The notes below the pieces were generated by a model. The model was given only the letters and a program-made list of their open reading frames with translations. It made no database searches and was not told where the DNA came from. 48,216 bases of DNA from a virus (lineage: Duplodnaviria > Caudoviricetes): positions 1-48,216 of IMG/VR virus record IMGVR_UViG_3300037474_000129. One strand, given 5' to 3'. The position numbers were made by a program, and so were the translations under genes. Each line of letters starts with the position of its first letter. The stretch's first letter is position 1. Below, piece by piece: positions 8,529-18,273 of the stretch.

Positions 8529-10330
8529 CCATCTCTTATGACAGCATTCCTTCGGCCCTTCGGGTGCCGTTCTTCGCGGCGGAGTTCAACAACACGCGCG
8601 CCACACAGGGCGCCCAGCTCCTCGCCTATCGCGCCCTCATCGTGGGACAGAAGACAGGCGAGGGTTCCGCGTCCGCGAACACCCTCCACAAGGTAACGAG
8701 CGCTGACGCCGTGGTGGCCCTCGCGGGCCGCGGCTCTCAGCTCCATCGCATGGCGCTCGCGTGGTTCGCGAACAACAAGTTCACCGAGACGTATATTGGT
8801 GTGCTCGCCGACAACTCCTCAGGAGTCATCGCGACTGGCACCCTGACTGTCACCGGGCCGGCGACGGCCGACGGCACGATCAGCCTGTGGATCGGCGGGA
8901 ACCTCGTCGAGGTGGCAGTCTCGAGCGGGGACAGCGCCAGCACGATCGCGGGGAACATCGCGTCCGAGGTCGGCAAGCACGCGAGTGGAACGATCACTCT
9001 CTCGTCCGCCGATGCCGCCGACAACGTCACGATCGGGACTACGACCTTCGTCGGCACGACTGGCGCTGTGACGCCTGGCGATGCGACATACAGCGTCGAC
9101 ACGGGGAACACGGCTGCGGCTGCTTCGCTCAAGGCGCAGATCAACGCCCATGCGGTGGCCTCCCAGATCGTTCGCGCCGAGGTGAACAGCGCAGTCGTCA
9201 CCGTTCGCGCCGTCAGGGGTGGCACGGCCGGGAACTCGATCGTCCTGACGAGCACCGACGGAACGGACCTGGCGGTCAGTGGCTCTGGCACGCTCACCGG
9301 AGCGACAGACGACACCGATCTGCCCGTGCACGCGAGTGTGTCGAGCGGCGTCGTCACCCTCTACGCGCGGAATGCAGGGCCGCAGGGGAACGACATCGAC
9401 GTGCGTCTGAACTACCAGGATGGGGAGGAGACTCCCACCGGAGTGGGTGTGAGCATCAGCGCGCTGTCCTCGGGCGCGACAGCTCCCAGCCTCACGTCCC
9501 TCATCTCGGCGCTCGGCGACACGTGGTACCACGTGATCGCTCACCCATACACGGACGCGACTTCGCTCACCTCGCTGGAGACGGAACTCGCGGATCGATT
9601 CGGCCCGATGCGCATGATCGACGGGGTGGCCATCACGTCGGCGGCTGGCTCAGTGTCGACGCTGGGAACGCTCGGCGACACCCGGAACAGTCCACATTCC
9701 GTGATCGTCTCTCAGCCTGGCGACGACCACCTCACGCCCCCCTGCGAGTTCGCCGCGGCGGTGGCTGGTGTCGTGGCGTTCTACGCGAACAGCGATCCTG
9801 CGCGTCCCCTCCAGACGCTGCCAGTCCTTGGGGTGGTGGCGCCGGCTGAGGAGGACTACTTCACGCTCGAGGAGCGCAACCTTCTTCTGTATGACGGGAT
9901 CGGCACGACGAAGGTTGCCCCGGGCGGCGGTGTGGTGATCGAGCGCCTGGTGACGACGTACCAGCGGAACGCCGCCGGCTCGGCGGATACGTCCTACCTA
10001 GACGTGACGACGATGCTCACCCTCCTGTACCTGCGCTACTCGTTCCGGGCACGCATCCAGACGCGCTACCCGCGCCACAAGCTTATGAACGACGGGACCC
10101 GCGTTGGTCCAGGGCAGGCGATTATCACCCCGCTCATCGGCAAGGCGGAGGCGATCCTGTGGTTCCAGGACATGGAGACACTCGGCCTCGTCGAAGGGTT
10201 CGCTCAGTTCAAGAACGATCTCGTCGTCGAGCGCAACGAGTCCGACCCGAACCGGCTGGACTTCCTGCTGTCCCCGGACATCGTGAACCAGTTCGTCGTC
10301 GGCGCGGCGCAGATCCAGTTCCTGTTGTGA
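8525..10330 (+). CDS. Tail sheath protein, Mu gpL-like
   Basis: IPSALRVPFFAAEFNN, GRGSQLHRM, DPARPLQTL, ERNLLLYDGI, YPRHKL. Confidence 0.95.
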   Translation: MTISYDSIPSALRVPFFAAEFNNTRATQGAQLLAYRALIVGQKTGEGSASANTLHKVTSADAVVALAGRGSQLHRMALAWFANNKFTETYIGVLADNSSGVIATGTLTVTGPATADGTISLWIGGNLVEVAVSSGDSASTIAGNIASEVGKHASGTITLSSADAADNVTIGTTTFVGTTGAVTPGDATYSVDTGNTAAAASLKAQINAHAVASQIVRAEVNSAVVTVRAVRGGTAGNSIVLTSTDGTDLAVSGSGTLTGATDDTDLPVHASVSSGVVTLYARNAGPQGNDIDVRLNYQDGEETPTGVGVSISALSSGATAPSLTSLISALGDTWYHVIAHPYTDATSLTSLETELADRFGPMRMIDGVAITSAAGSVSTLGTLGDTRNSPHSVIVSQPGDDHLTPPCEFAAAVAGVVAFYANSDPARPLQTLPVLGVVAPAEEDYFTLEERNLLLYDGIGTTKVAPGGGVVIERLVTTYQRNAAGSADTSYLDVTTMLTLLYLRYSFRARIQTRYPRHKLMNDGTRVGPGQAIITPLIGKAEAILWFQDMETLGLVEGFAQFKNDLVVERNESDPNRLDFLLSPDIVNQFVVGAAQIQFLL

Positions 10331-10342
10331 TTCGAGGGCACC

Positions 10343-10705
10343 ATGAGACGAGGCGGAATCATTCAGTTTGCGATCGGCGGTGTTCTCCGTGAGGCCGTCG
10401 GTGCGTTCACGTACAACCTGGGGAATCCTCAGCGCGAGGCCCTTGTCGGATCCAGCGGAGTCGACGGGTTCAAGGAGACACCGCAGGCAGCATTCATCGA
10501 AGGTGAGGTGAGAACGTCTCCCGACTGGAGCATCGACGAGATGACCCAAATGACGAACGAGACGATCACCCTCACCCTCGCGGAGGGCAAGGTGATCGCG
10601 CTCAGCGGCGCTTGGTACGCGGGGGAAGGCACAGGCAATAGCGAGGAGGGCACGATGGGTGTGCGCTTCGAGTCCCGTCAGAAGGGCGTTGAGGTGACGT
10701 CGTGA
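10343..10705 (+). CDS. Tail tube protein, Mu gpM-like
   Basis: REALVGSSGVDGFKETP..FIEG, LSGAW; follows sheath. Confidence 0.9.
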   Translation: MRRGGIIQFAIGGVLREAVGAFTYNLGNPQREALVGSSGVDGFKETPQAAFIEGEVRTSPDWSIDEMTQMTNETITLTLAEGKVIALSGAWYAGEGTGNSEEGTMGVRFESRQKGVEVTS

Positions 10706-10998
10706 GCCGGGAGACCTATAGGCTGAAGACTCCCGTCGCCCTTGGTGAAGGGATGGCTCCCGTTGAGGTGCTGTCCTTCAGGACGGCGGTAGTTGCGGGG
10801 GACCTCCGCGGGATCAAACTCTCGGGCCTGCAGGACATGTCGACTGACGACCTCCTGAAGCTCGCAGGCCGACTCTGCGCCCAGCCCGACGCCGTCATGA
10901 ACAAGCTCACACTCCCGGACCTCGGCGGGGTGATCGAGCTCATCGCCCCTTTTTTGGCGGGTGGGGAGGAGACTGGGAGCAAGCCCTCGCCGTCATAG
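10702..10998 (+). CDS. Tail assembly chaperone (Mu gp41/P2 gpE-like)
   Basis: YRLKTPV, AGDLRGI; between tube and tape measure. Confidence 0.85.
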   Translation: MSRETYRLKTPVALGEGMAPVEVLSFRTAVVAGDLRGIKLSGLQDMSTDDLLKLAGRLCAQPDAVMNKLTLPDLGGVIELIAPFLAGGEETGSKPSPS

Positions 10999-11105
10999 CG
11001 GGGACCTTCCACTTTCCGCCGTCTGAACTCTGGGCGATGGATGCGGAGGAACTCAGGTTCTGGATGAATCAAGCCGCGTGGTGGAACAAGAATGCCCGGA
11101 CTTAA
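10702..11105 (+). CDS. Extended chaperone via -1 frameshift (P2 E+E'-like)
   Basis: TTTTTTG at 10950-10956; -1 frame reads WEQALAVIAGTFHFPPSELWAMDAEELRFW to TAA at 11103-11105. Confidence 0.85.
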
Positions 11106-12861
11106 GTACCCACTCAGTCTCGTCGTTCGCGTCCTCGACAGCGCAACGCGCCCTCTTCAGGCGATCAATTCCCGCCTGGCGCGGAGTGCCGCGCGGTTGT
11201 CCGCTCCCTTCCGGCGCATCGGTGACAGGCTCTCTGCGCTCTCAGCCGCCACTGGGCTGCCCAAGATCATCGCTGGATTCGGTCGCGTCGGAGACGCGGC
11301 TGGGGCTCTGGGTACGAAGGTCCTCGGGATAGGTGCACTGTTCGGCGGGATGGCCGTTGCTGGCGGTGTCGCACTCTACGGGATTCTCCGAGGCGCTCAG
11401 GAAGCCGGTGGGAGGCTCAAGAACCTTTCCACGATCACCGGACTCTCAGTCAATGCATTCGCCGAGTTGGAGTTCGCAGCAAAGAGATCTGGTGTTGAGA
11501 ACGAGGCTTTCGCTGCAGGAATGCAGTCTTTCAACAAGGGGCTGTCTCAGGCAAAGCGGGGGGTCGGCCCCCTCGCCGAACTTCTGAAGAAGGTCGGCCC
11601 GGTCTACCTTCATCAGTTGAAAGCCGTGAAGTCGAATGAGGAGGGGTTTGAACTGCTGGCGAAGGCCATGGGTCAGATCAAGGACCCAGGTAAACGTGCT
11701 GAGCTCGCTGCAGCTGCGTTTGGCAAGGCTGGCGCCGGCATGGTGAATGTCCTCAAAGACGGCCCCGCTGGCGTCGAGGCGCTTCGCGCGGAGTTCCGCA
11801 AGCTTGCTGGGGATCAGAGTGGCTTCGCCGACGGTGCGAACGAGCTCGGTGACGCCCTGGACAACATGGAGCTTGCCGCGGGCGGGCTGCGAAATGTCCT
11901 CGCGGGAGCACTCTTTCCGGCGGTGACGAAGGTCGCGACGGCTGTCACCGAGTTCCTCGTGAAGAACCGCGACGGCCTGCAGAAGTGGGCGGAGAAGACG
12001 GGCGCGGCGATCGAGAAATGGGTCGACGGGGGCGGCGTTGAGCGGTTGGTGAACGGACTCCAGTCGGTGGCTCGGGATGTCAGCCGCGTTGTGGATAAGC
12101 TCGGTGGCCTCGAGGGGATCGCGAAGCTCGCCGCAGCAGCGATGGGTGTCTACCTCGCCGGCTCCACGGCTCACCTTGTCCTCGCCCTTGGGGGACTCGG
12201 CAAAGAACTGGCCCTGTTGGTGGTTCGCCTAGGTGCTCCGCTGCTCGGTGCACTCGGCCGCGCAGGGCTCGCGATTCTCTCGTTCAACTTCGGGCCGTTG
12301 CTGGCCGGCCTGGCCTCTGGCGCTAGAGCGGTGTGGGCGTTCAACGCCGCCCTGCTGGCGAATCCCATCGGGCTTGTCGTTGTGGCGATTGGATTGCTCG
12401 CCGCGGCGGCGTATCTAATTTACAAGAACTGGACACCGATCAGCGGGTTCTTCAAGGACCTCTGGCAAACGATTTCGTTCCACACCGTCGAGGCATGGAA
12501 CACGATCAGCGGGGTCGTGGCTGACGTGTGGAACGGGATCGTCGATCGGGTGATGGCCGCGTGGGAGAAGATCAAGCCAGTCATTGAGGCGATCAAGACT
12601 GGGTTTCGATTTCTCGCGAGTCCGACGGAGCTCATCTCGTTCGGCGTGAACCAGGTTCAGCAGCGGTTCTTCAACGAGTCCCCTGCAGCGTCGTTCGGTG
12701 CGGCGGGCGCCGTCCCCGGACCGTTGGCTGGGCAGGGCACCGAGACTCGCGTGGTGGTGGACTTCAACGGTCTCCCCCGCGGTGCGCGTGTCACGCAGGA
12801 TCGCGGCAACACGGCGCCGCTGGACCTCAACCTTGGTTACGCCATGGGGTCCACGCGATGA
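11092..12861 (+). CDS. Tail tape measure protein
   Basis: Ala/Gly-rich helical protein, ANPIGLVV..YLIYKNW and W-spaced repeats; follows the chaperone. Confidence 0.92.
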   Translation: MPGLKYPLSLVVRVLDSATRPLQAINSRLARSAARLSAPFRRIGDRLSALSAATGLPKIIAGFGRVGDAAGALGTKVLGIGALFGGMAVAGGVALYGILRGAQEAGGRLKNLSTITGLSVNAFAELEFAAKRSGVENEAFAAGMQSFNKGLSQAKRGVGPLAELLKKVGPVYLHQLKAVKSNEEGFELLAKAMGQIKDPGKRAELAAAAFGKAGAGMVNVLKDGPAGVEALRAEFRKLAGDQSGFADGANELGDALDNMELAAGGLRNVLAGALFPAVTKVATAVTEFLVKNRDGLQKWAEKTGAAIEKWVDGGGVERLVNGLQSVARDVSRVVDKLGGLEGIAKLAAAAMGVYLAGSTAHLVLALGGLGKELALLVVRLGAPLLGALGRAGLAILSFNFGPLLAGLASGARAVWAFNAALLANPIGLVVVAIGLLAAAAYLIYKNWTPISGFFKDLWQTISFHTVEAWNTISGVVADVWNGIVDRVMAAWEKIKPVIEAIKTGFRFLASPTELISFGVNQVQQRFFNESPAASFGAAGAVPGPLAGQGTETRVVVDFNGLPRGARVTQDRGNTAPLDLNLGYAMGSTR

Positions 12862-13001
12862 GTGACCAGGGGATAGCTACAGTCGCTCTCTGCGCCGAAG
12901 TGATTGTCGGTGCAACGCTCCTGGTTTTCGTGGGGGTTCGCGGAATCGTCAAGCAGATCATCCGCAAGCGGCTGGCATGGCCACGCCCGGTGCGGCGATG
13001 A
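12858..13001 (+). CDS. 47-aa single-pass membrane protein (absent from ORF track)
   Basis: MSDQGIATVALCAEVIVGATLLVFVGVRGIVKQIIRKRLAWPRPVRR; ATGA overlaps at both ends. Confidence 0.65.
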   Translation: MSDQGIATVALCAEVIVGATLLVFVGVRGIVKQIIRKRLAWPRPVRR

Positions 13002-14155
13002 GCTGGCGCGAGCGCATGGGCCCGGCGTCGTTCCGGGGGGTGCCGTTCTTCGTGGACACATCCGAGCGGACCGGAGGTCGGCGCGGCGTCACGCACGAGT
13101 ATCCGTTCAGGGACGAGCCCTTCCGGGAGGACACGGGGCGCGCGACGCGTGGGTTCACGCTCGAGGGATATGTGTTGGGGGAGGAGTACCTCGCGGCGAA
13201 GGAAGCCCTGATCAATGCGCTGGAGGCTCTCGGTCCGGGAACGCTCGTTCACCCGTACTACAAGACGTTGACGGTCGCTGTTGAGGGGTTCCGCGTTCGC
13301 GAGAGCGCCAGGGATGGCGGCGTCGCCACGTTCTCGATCGAGTTCGAGCAGACGCCCGAGTCCCCTGCCCAACCGACATCTGCGCCCGACGTAACGAGCA
13401 ACGTCCGGGAGGCTGCCGATTCGGCTCGGGATGCAGTGGGGGCCGAGTTCCTGGCACGGTATGAGCCAGGCCTGCGGATGGAAACGATCGCTGACATGCC
13501 CCGACGGCTGACGGTGGCGATCAACTCCGCATTGGCAGCCGTCGACCGAGAGGTGCAAGCAGCAGCTGCGATGCAACAGTCGCTTGACGAGCTCGTCGAC
13601 GGGGCAACGGCCCTCGTCAACTCGCCTTCGGGGATCCTCGCGTCGCTCGTCTCACTGTTCGGCGAACTGACGGACAGGACAGCCGGGCTGGCGGCGTATG
13701 CCTTTGACCCTGGCGTGCGTCCTCCATCCACTACTTCGAACCGGCTCGTCGAGCAGGAGAACTTCGACGCGCTGAGTGTCCTCGTCCAGCGGCTTGCCGT
13801 GATTCGTGCCGTCGAAATCGCGATCGAGGAGACGTTCGAAAGTTTCGAGGCGGCGGGCGCCGCGCGTGACGAGCTGGCCGACCTGCTCGACGACCAGACT
13901 GAGACCGCGTCGGATGCGACGTATGCTGCTCTGCTTGATCTGCGGGCCGCGCTCGTGGCCGCTGTGCCTGACGAGGGCAGTGACTTGCCGCACCTCGTGC
14001 CCTACGTCCCCGCCGAGACGGTGCCCTCGCTCGTCCTCGCGTACACGCTCTATGGTGACGTCACCGCCGAATCGGACATCCTTACCCGGAATCGCGTGAA
14101 GCACCCTGCGTTCATCGTCGGGAGCCGTGCGCTCGAGGTGCTCTCCGATGCCTGA
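12998..14155 (+). CDS. DNA circularisation/tail protein, Mu gpN-like
   Basis: ASFRGVPF, GRRGVTHEYPFRD, GPGTLVHPYY, PSLVLAYTLYGD, RNRVKHP. Confidence 0.93.
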   Translation: MSWRERMGPASFRGVPFFVDTSERTGGRRGVTHEYPFRDEPFREDTGRATRGFTLEGYVLGEEYLAAKEALINALEALGPGTLVHPYYKTLTVAVEGFRVRESARDGGVATFSIEFEQTPESPAQPTSAPDVTSNVREAADSARDAVGAEFLARYEPGLRMETIADMPRRLTVAINSALAAVDREVQAAAAMQQSLDELVDGATALVNSPSGILASLVSLFGELTDRTAGLAAYAFDPGVRPPSTTSNRLVEQENFDALSVLVQRLAVIRAVEIAIEETFESFEAAGAARDELADLLDDQTETASDATYAALLDLRAALVAAVPDEGSDLPHLVPYVPAETVPSLVLAYTLYGDVTAESDILTRNRVKHPAFIVGSRALEVLSDA

Positions 14156-15215
14156 CGTCGAGCTCACCGTCAACGGCCTGCGGTATGGCGGGTGGAAGTC
14201 AGCGCGCGTCACGCGGGGGATCGAGTCCGTCGCGGGCGGGTTCGAGCTGACCGTCTCTGATCGTTGGCAGGCGGGTGCGAAGCCGTGGGAGATCTACGAG
14301 GAAGACTTGTGCACGCTGAAGCTCGCGGGCGAGACGGTAATCTCAGGCTACGTTGATCGGGTTAGTCTTTCCTACGACGCGTCGAACCATGGGGTTTCCG
14401 TCGCTGGCAGGGATAAGACGGGGGCGCTCGTTGATTGCAGCGTGTTTGGCGTGGGGTGGGAATTCGCGAACACGCCGGCGCAGACGATCATTGCTCGCTT
14501 GGCGGATCCGTTCGGGATCACCGTCTCAGTTCAAGGTGGCCTCACGATCCCTGCGTTGCCGGACCGTGTAGCAGTGGACCCCGGCGAGTCGGTGTTCGAC
14601 GCGATCGAGAAAATCTGCCGGAAGGTCGGCGTCCTCGCTGTGTCAGACGGAAGTGGCGGGCTGTTGCTCATGCGGCCCGGCTCGTCGCGGACTGTGACGG
14701 CTCTCGTCGAGGGGGAGAACATCCTCGCCGGCTCGGCCACGTTCGATGGGACTGGGCGTTACCGGCGCTACGTCGTGCTCGGCCAGCACTCGGGCTCAGA
14801 CAACTGGTTCGGTGAGGGGACGGCGGGTGTCACCGGGGAAGCCACGGATGGCACGGTTCTGCGCGGCTCTCGGGTCCTTGTCGTCCGGCCCGAGGGGAAC
14901 GTCACTGCAGCGTCAGCGAGGAGGCGGGCGGAGTGGGAGGCGACGGTGCGGGCGGCGCGCGGGGACTCCGTCAGCGTCACCGTCCAGGGGTGGACGCAAG
15001 GGAACGGAGCACTGTGGCCAGTGAATGCCCTGGTGCGCGTTCAGAGCCCTCGTCTCCGCGTGGACGGCGACATGCTGATAACGGAAGTCACTCACGAGAC
15101 GGGAGATCAAGGCACTACGACTCAGCTCACCCTGAGGACTCCGGGGGCGTTTGCCCCCGAGTCGACGATCGCGGCGAGCGATCAGACGTGGAAGGAGATC
15201 CGTCATGGCGTTTGA
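14148..15215 (+). CDS. Baseplate hub, Mu gpP-like
   Basis: LTVNG..YGGWKS, GRDKTGALVDCS, RRAEWE, TVQGW...LWPVN. Confidence 0.93.
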   Translation: MPDVELTVNGLRYGGWKSARVTRGIESVAGGFELTVSDRWQAGAKPWEIYEEDLCTLKLAGETVISGYVDRVSLSYDASNHGVSVAGRDKTGALVDCSVFGVGWEFANTPAQTIIARLADPFGITVSVQGGLTIPALPDRVAVDPGESVFDAIEKICRKVGVLAVSDGSGGLLLMRPGSSRTVTALVEGENILAGSATFDGTGRYRRYVVLGQHSGSDNWFGEGTAGVTGEATDGTVLRGSRVLVVRPEGNVTAASARRRAEWEATVRAARGDSVSVTVQGWTQGNGALWPVNALVRVQSPRLRVDGDMLITEVTHETGDQGTTTQLTLRTPGAFAPESTIAASDQTWKEIRHGV

Positions 15216-15834
15216 GTGGATGGCGCGGATCGCGAACCTCGTCTCGCGTGCAATCGTCAAGCGGGTCGACGATGGGAAGAAGGTGCAGGCCCTGCAGCTC
15301 GGCTTGCTCCACGACGAGACGCGCGACAACGTGGAGCGGTTTCAGAACTACGGTTTCACGTCAGTACCACTCGCTGGAGCTGAGGCAGTCGTCCTTTTCG
15401 TCGGCGGGTACCGCGACCATGGGCTGACTGTGATGGTCGATGATCGGCGGTACCGGCTCACCGGACTCGCGGCTGGCGAGGTGGCGATCTACACGGACGA
15501 GGGGGACAGGGTGGTACTCCAGCGCGGTGGGACGATCACCGTAACGGCTTCGACGAAAGTAGTCGTCGACGCGCCGCTCGTCGAGCTCTCGGGGAACACG
15601 GAAGCGGCACTGAAGGCGACGACATATAGAGCCGCTGATTCGACATTCGACACTGCTGTCGCCGCAGCAGCGGCGGCCCTGGGGACTGCGGCCGGTACAT
15701 GGGCGGGAAACCCCGTGACTGCCCCCACTTTCGCTACCGCTGTCGGCGCGTTCTGCGCGGCGTTGGCTGGCGCAGCGAACACGAAGGAAGCGGGAGCCGC
15801 GGGCTTCCTCTCCACCAAGGTGAAACTCTCATGA
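15205..15834 (+). CDS. Baseplate spike, Mu gp45-like
   Basis: ERFQNYGFTSVP, DRRYRLTGLAAGEVAIY. Confidence 0.92.
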   Translation: MAFEWMARIANLVSRAIVKRVDDGKKVQALQLGLLHDETRDNVERFQNYGFTSVPLAGAEAVVLFVGGYRDHGLTVMVDDRRYRLTGLAAGEVAIYTDEGDRVVLQRGGTITVTASTKVVVDAPLVELSGNTEAALKATTYRAADSTFDTAVAAAAAALGTAAGTWAGNPVTAPTFATAVGAFCAALAGAANTKEAGAAGFLSTKVKLS

Positions 15835-16271
15835 GTGACCTGGCCTTGCGGTGGAACAGCGCGACTGGGACGGCGGACCTCGCGATCGAGGACGATGACT
15901 TCGCCGCGGACGAGTCGCTCGAAACTGCCGTCATGCTCTCACTGTGGACAGGCTCGGCGGGCGGGTGGTGGGGCGACGTTGTGTCCGACACGGCTGGGGA
16001 CAAGTTCGGGTCCAAGCTCTATCTCCTGGCTCGGGAGAAGGACACAGCGCGCGTCCTGGATCTCGCGAAGGCCTACGTCGAGGAAGCTCTTGCCTGGATG
16101 ATCGAGGACCTCGTTGCTTCGTCCGTCGCCTGCGTTGCGGAGAGTCAGCCGTATGGCGCGGGGCAGTCGGTCCTTGCCTTGAGCATCACGATCACCCGGC
16201 CGAGCGTCGCGCCCGTCACCTACCGCTACGCCTACAACTGGGAAGCACAGGAGCTCCGTCATGCCGTTTGA
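15831..16271 (+). CDS. Baseplate protein, Mu gp46-like
   Basis: LETAVMLSL, GWWGD, GSKLYLLAREK, EALAWMIED. Confidence 0.92.
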   Translation: MSDLALRWNSATGTADLAIEDDDFAADESLETAVMLSLWTGSAGGWWGDVVSDTAGDKFGSKLYLLAREKDTARVLDLAKAYVEEALAWMIEDLVASSVACVAESQPYGAGQSVLALSITITRPSVAPVTYRYAYNWEAQELRHAV

Positions 16272-17319
16272 ACGCCCTACCCTGCCAGAGCTCATCACCC
16301 GGATCGCTGCGGACTTCAAGTCTCGGCTCGACTTCGCGTCCAGTGCTCTGCGCCGTTCACTTCGGTACGTGCTGACGCGCGTGATCGCGGGTGCGGTGCA
16401 CATGCTTCATGGGCATCTTGAGTATCTCGGACGCCAGATCTTCGCGGACATCTCGGACGATGAGTACCTTGTTCGCCAGGCATCGCTCTACGGGCTGTCG
16501 AAGTCCGCTGCGACGTACGCGGAGGGATCTGTCCTGGTGACAGGTGACGAGGGAACGCCGGTCCTTGAGGGGACGATCCTGCGGCGCGCTGACGGAGCGG
16601 AGTTCACCGTCACGAACGATTTCGAGATCGACGTTGGTGACGAAGTAGAAGTCACCGTCAGGGCGGTGCTCGCGGGTGACGATGCGAACACCGACGAGGA
16701 CACCGTGTTGACGTTCGAGTCCCCCGTCTCTGGGGCGGATGCGGAAGTCACAGTGACAGAGGGCGGGCTGACGGGCGGAGCGGATGAGGAGACTACGGAG
16801 GCTCTGAGAACGCGCCTGCTCCAGCATCTTCAGAACCCTCCCGAGGGTGGCGCGGAGGAGGACTATCGGACGTGGGCGCTCGATGTAGCCGGCGTCACGC
16901 GCGTCTGGGTGGACCCGCGCGCCGATGGAGCTGGAACGGTGACGGTGCGGTTCATGCGGGACAGCGACTCAGGGAGCGCGTTTCCGTCTGCGGGTGAGGT
17001 GACGGAGGTTCAGGACTACATCGACACGAAGCGTCCCGTGACGGCGGACGTCACAGTGCTGGCCCCCACGGCGAAGACGTGGAACTTCACGCTGCAGATC
17101 ATCCCTGACACAGCGGACACCCGAGCAGCTGTGCAGGCCGAGCTGGCGGACCTCTTTCTCAGGGAAGGCGAGCCCGGCGAGACGCTGTATTTGTCCGCCG
17201 TGCGGACCGCGATCGGGAGCGCGGAGGGAATCACGGACTTTACGCTGACGATTCCGAGCTCGAACCTCACCCACGCCGGGGGAGAACTTCCTACGGTCGG
17301 CTCGTTCACCTGGACCTAA
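16261..17319 (+). CDS. Baseplate J-like protein, Mu gp47
   Basis: FERPTLPELI, GGADEE..EALRTR, GG..DYRTWA, GTVTV, RPVTA. Confidence 0.93.
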   Translation: MPFERPTLPELITRIAADFKSRLDFASSALRRSLRYVLTRVIAGAVHMLHGHLEYLGRQIFADISDDEYLVRQASLYGLSKSAATYAEGSVLVTGDEGTPVLEGTILRRADGAEFTVTNDFEIDVGDEVEVTVRAVLAGDDANTDEDTVLTFESPVSGADAEVTVTEGGLTGGADEETTEALRTRLLQHLQNPPEGGAEEDYRTWALDVAGVTRVWVDPRADGAGTVTVRFMRDSDSGSAFPSAGEVTEVQDYIDTKRPVTADVTVLAPTAKTWNFTLQIIPDTADTRAAVQAELADLFLREGEPGETLYLSAVRTAIGSAEGITDFTLTIPSSNLTHAGGELPTVGSFTWT

Positions 17320-17321
17320 TC

Positions 17322-17885
17322 ATGGACGCGAACGCATACGCGAGAATGCTGAAGAGGCTGATGCCCCAGGGGGTGTTGTGGGACTTCAGCCCCGAGAGTG
17401 TGATCTCCACGGCGTTCCTCGCCTGTGGCGATGAGTTCGCTCGCGTCGAGGCGCGCGGCGCTGACTTGATCGAGGAGACGGACCCCCGGACGGCAACCGA
17501 GACGCTTGAGGACTGGGAACGGATGCTCGGCCTCCCTGATGAGGACGTCGTCGAGTTCCCCGCTACGGACGCGGGCAGGCGCCTGGCGATCGTGGCGAAG
17601 TTCATCCGGCGAGGTGGGCAGACTCCGGCGTATTACCTGAGGCTCGCGGCTGCCTGTGGCTACGACAGTGATCAGAACTACGTCACCGAGGGGTACGCGG
17701 CGACGGTCGCCCGGGTGAACCGGACACGGTGTCAGGAGCCGATTCGGAACGCGCCCTGGGCGCACGTCTGGGAGATGACGATCGAGGTGCCAGGTTTGGG
17801 GACGTTCCTCACTCAGGACGAGTTGGAGGCGATCATCAGACGGGCCGCTCCGGCACACACCGTCGTGGTTTTTAATTACCTGTGA
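17322..17885 (+). CDS. Baseplate protein, Mu gp48 (DUF2313-like)
   Basis: LMPQG..W, ETDPRTATETLEDWERMLGLPD, GGQTPAYY, PAHT. Confidence 0.92.
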   Translation: MDANAYARMLKRLMPQGVLWDFSPESVISTAFLACGDEFARVEARGADLIEETDPRTATETLEDWERMLGLPDEDVVEFPATDAGRRLAIVAKFIRRGGQTPAYYLRLAAACGYDSDQNYVTEGYAATVARVNRTRCQEPIRNAPWAHVWEMTIEVPGLGTFLTQDELEAIIRRAAPAHTVVVFNYL

Positions 17886-17918
17886 AAGACGAAGGGCCCC
17901 GCCGCGAGACGGAGCCCT
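17884..17918 (-). terminator. Putative intrinsic terminator for the wHTH moron
   Basis: Minus strand AGGGCTCCGTC-TCGC-GGCGGGGCCCT followed by TCGTCTTTC. Confidence 0.6.
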
Positions 17919-17941
17919 GGGTAGCCGGCGCTGAGACTGGA

Positions 17942-18160
17942 CTAAGCCGTGTAGAAGACCTTGCGCTTGTCCTTGGGGTCCGGCTTCGTCTTCACCTTGC
18001 CAACGTTCTTCAGGTGCATAAGGCGGACACGGATGGTGGACGGGTGCAGATCCTTCCCGGCTGCGGCGTGAACCTGCTCGAACGACATCCCCTCCTTGCC
18101 GGCGTTCTTGATCAACTGAATCGTCTCCTTCTCCTTACCGGTGAGCTTCACTTCGGGCAT
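17942..18160 (-). CDS. Small winged-helix DNA-binding protein (moron)
   Basis: 72 aa, Lys-rich; TIQLIK..GMSFEQVH..LHPSTIRVRLMHLKNVGKV..PDPKDKRKVFY resembles MarR/ArsR wHTH; CAGGAG SD. Confidence 0.8.
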   Translation of the reverse strand: MPEVKLTGKEKETIQLIKNAGKEGMSFEQVHAAAGKDLHPSTIRVRLMHLKNVGKVKTKPDPKDKRKVFYTA

Positions 18161-18190
18161 GGGTATCTCCTGGGTTGGTGGTGCATCCGT

Positions 18191-18239
18191 TGAGTACCAG
18201 ATTCCTGATACCCTTGTCAACGAATCTGGAATCTGTCAA
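18191..18239 (-). promoter_or_regulatory. Promoter(s) for the wHTH gene with CAGATTC operators
   Basis: Two TTGACA on minus strand (18234-39, 18215-20); TTGACA-18-TACTCA; CAGATTCCAGATTC at 18222-18235 (-) and CCAGATTCC at 18197-18205 (+). Confidence 0.65.
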
Positions 18240-18273
18240 GGTGTGCGGACACCCGTAGTTGAATGGAGTCGCT

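Noticed and set aside
8525-17885. Transposable Mu-like phage, tailocin or T6SS
   Set aside because: No MuA/MuB; head, terminase and tyrosine integrase are present, so this is an ordinary temperate myovirus layout
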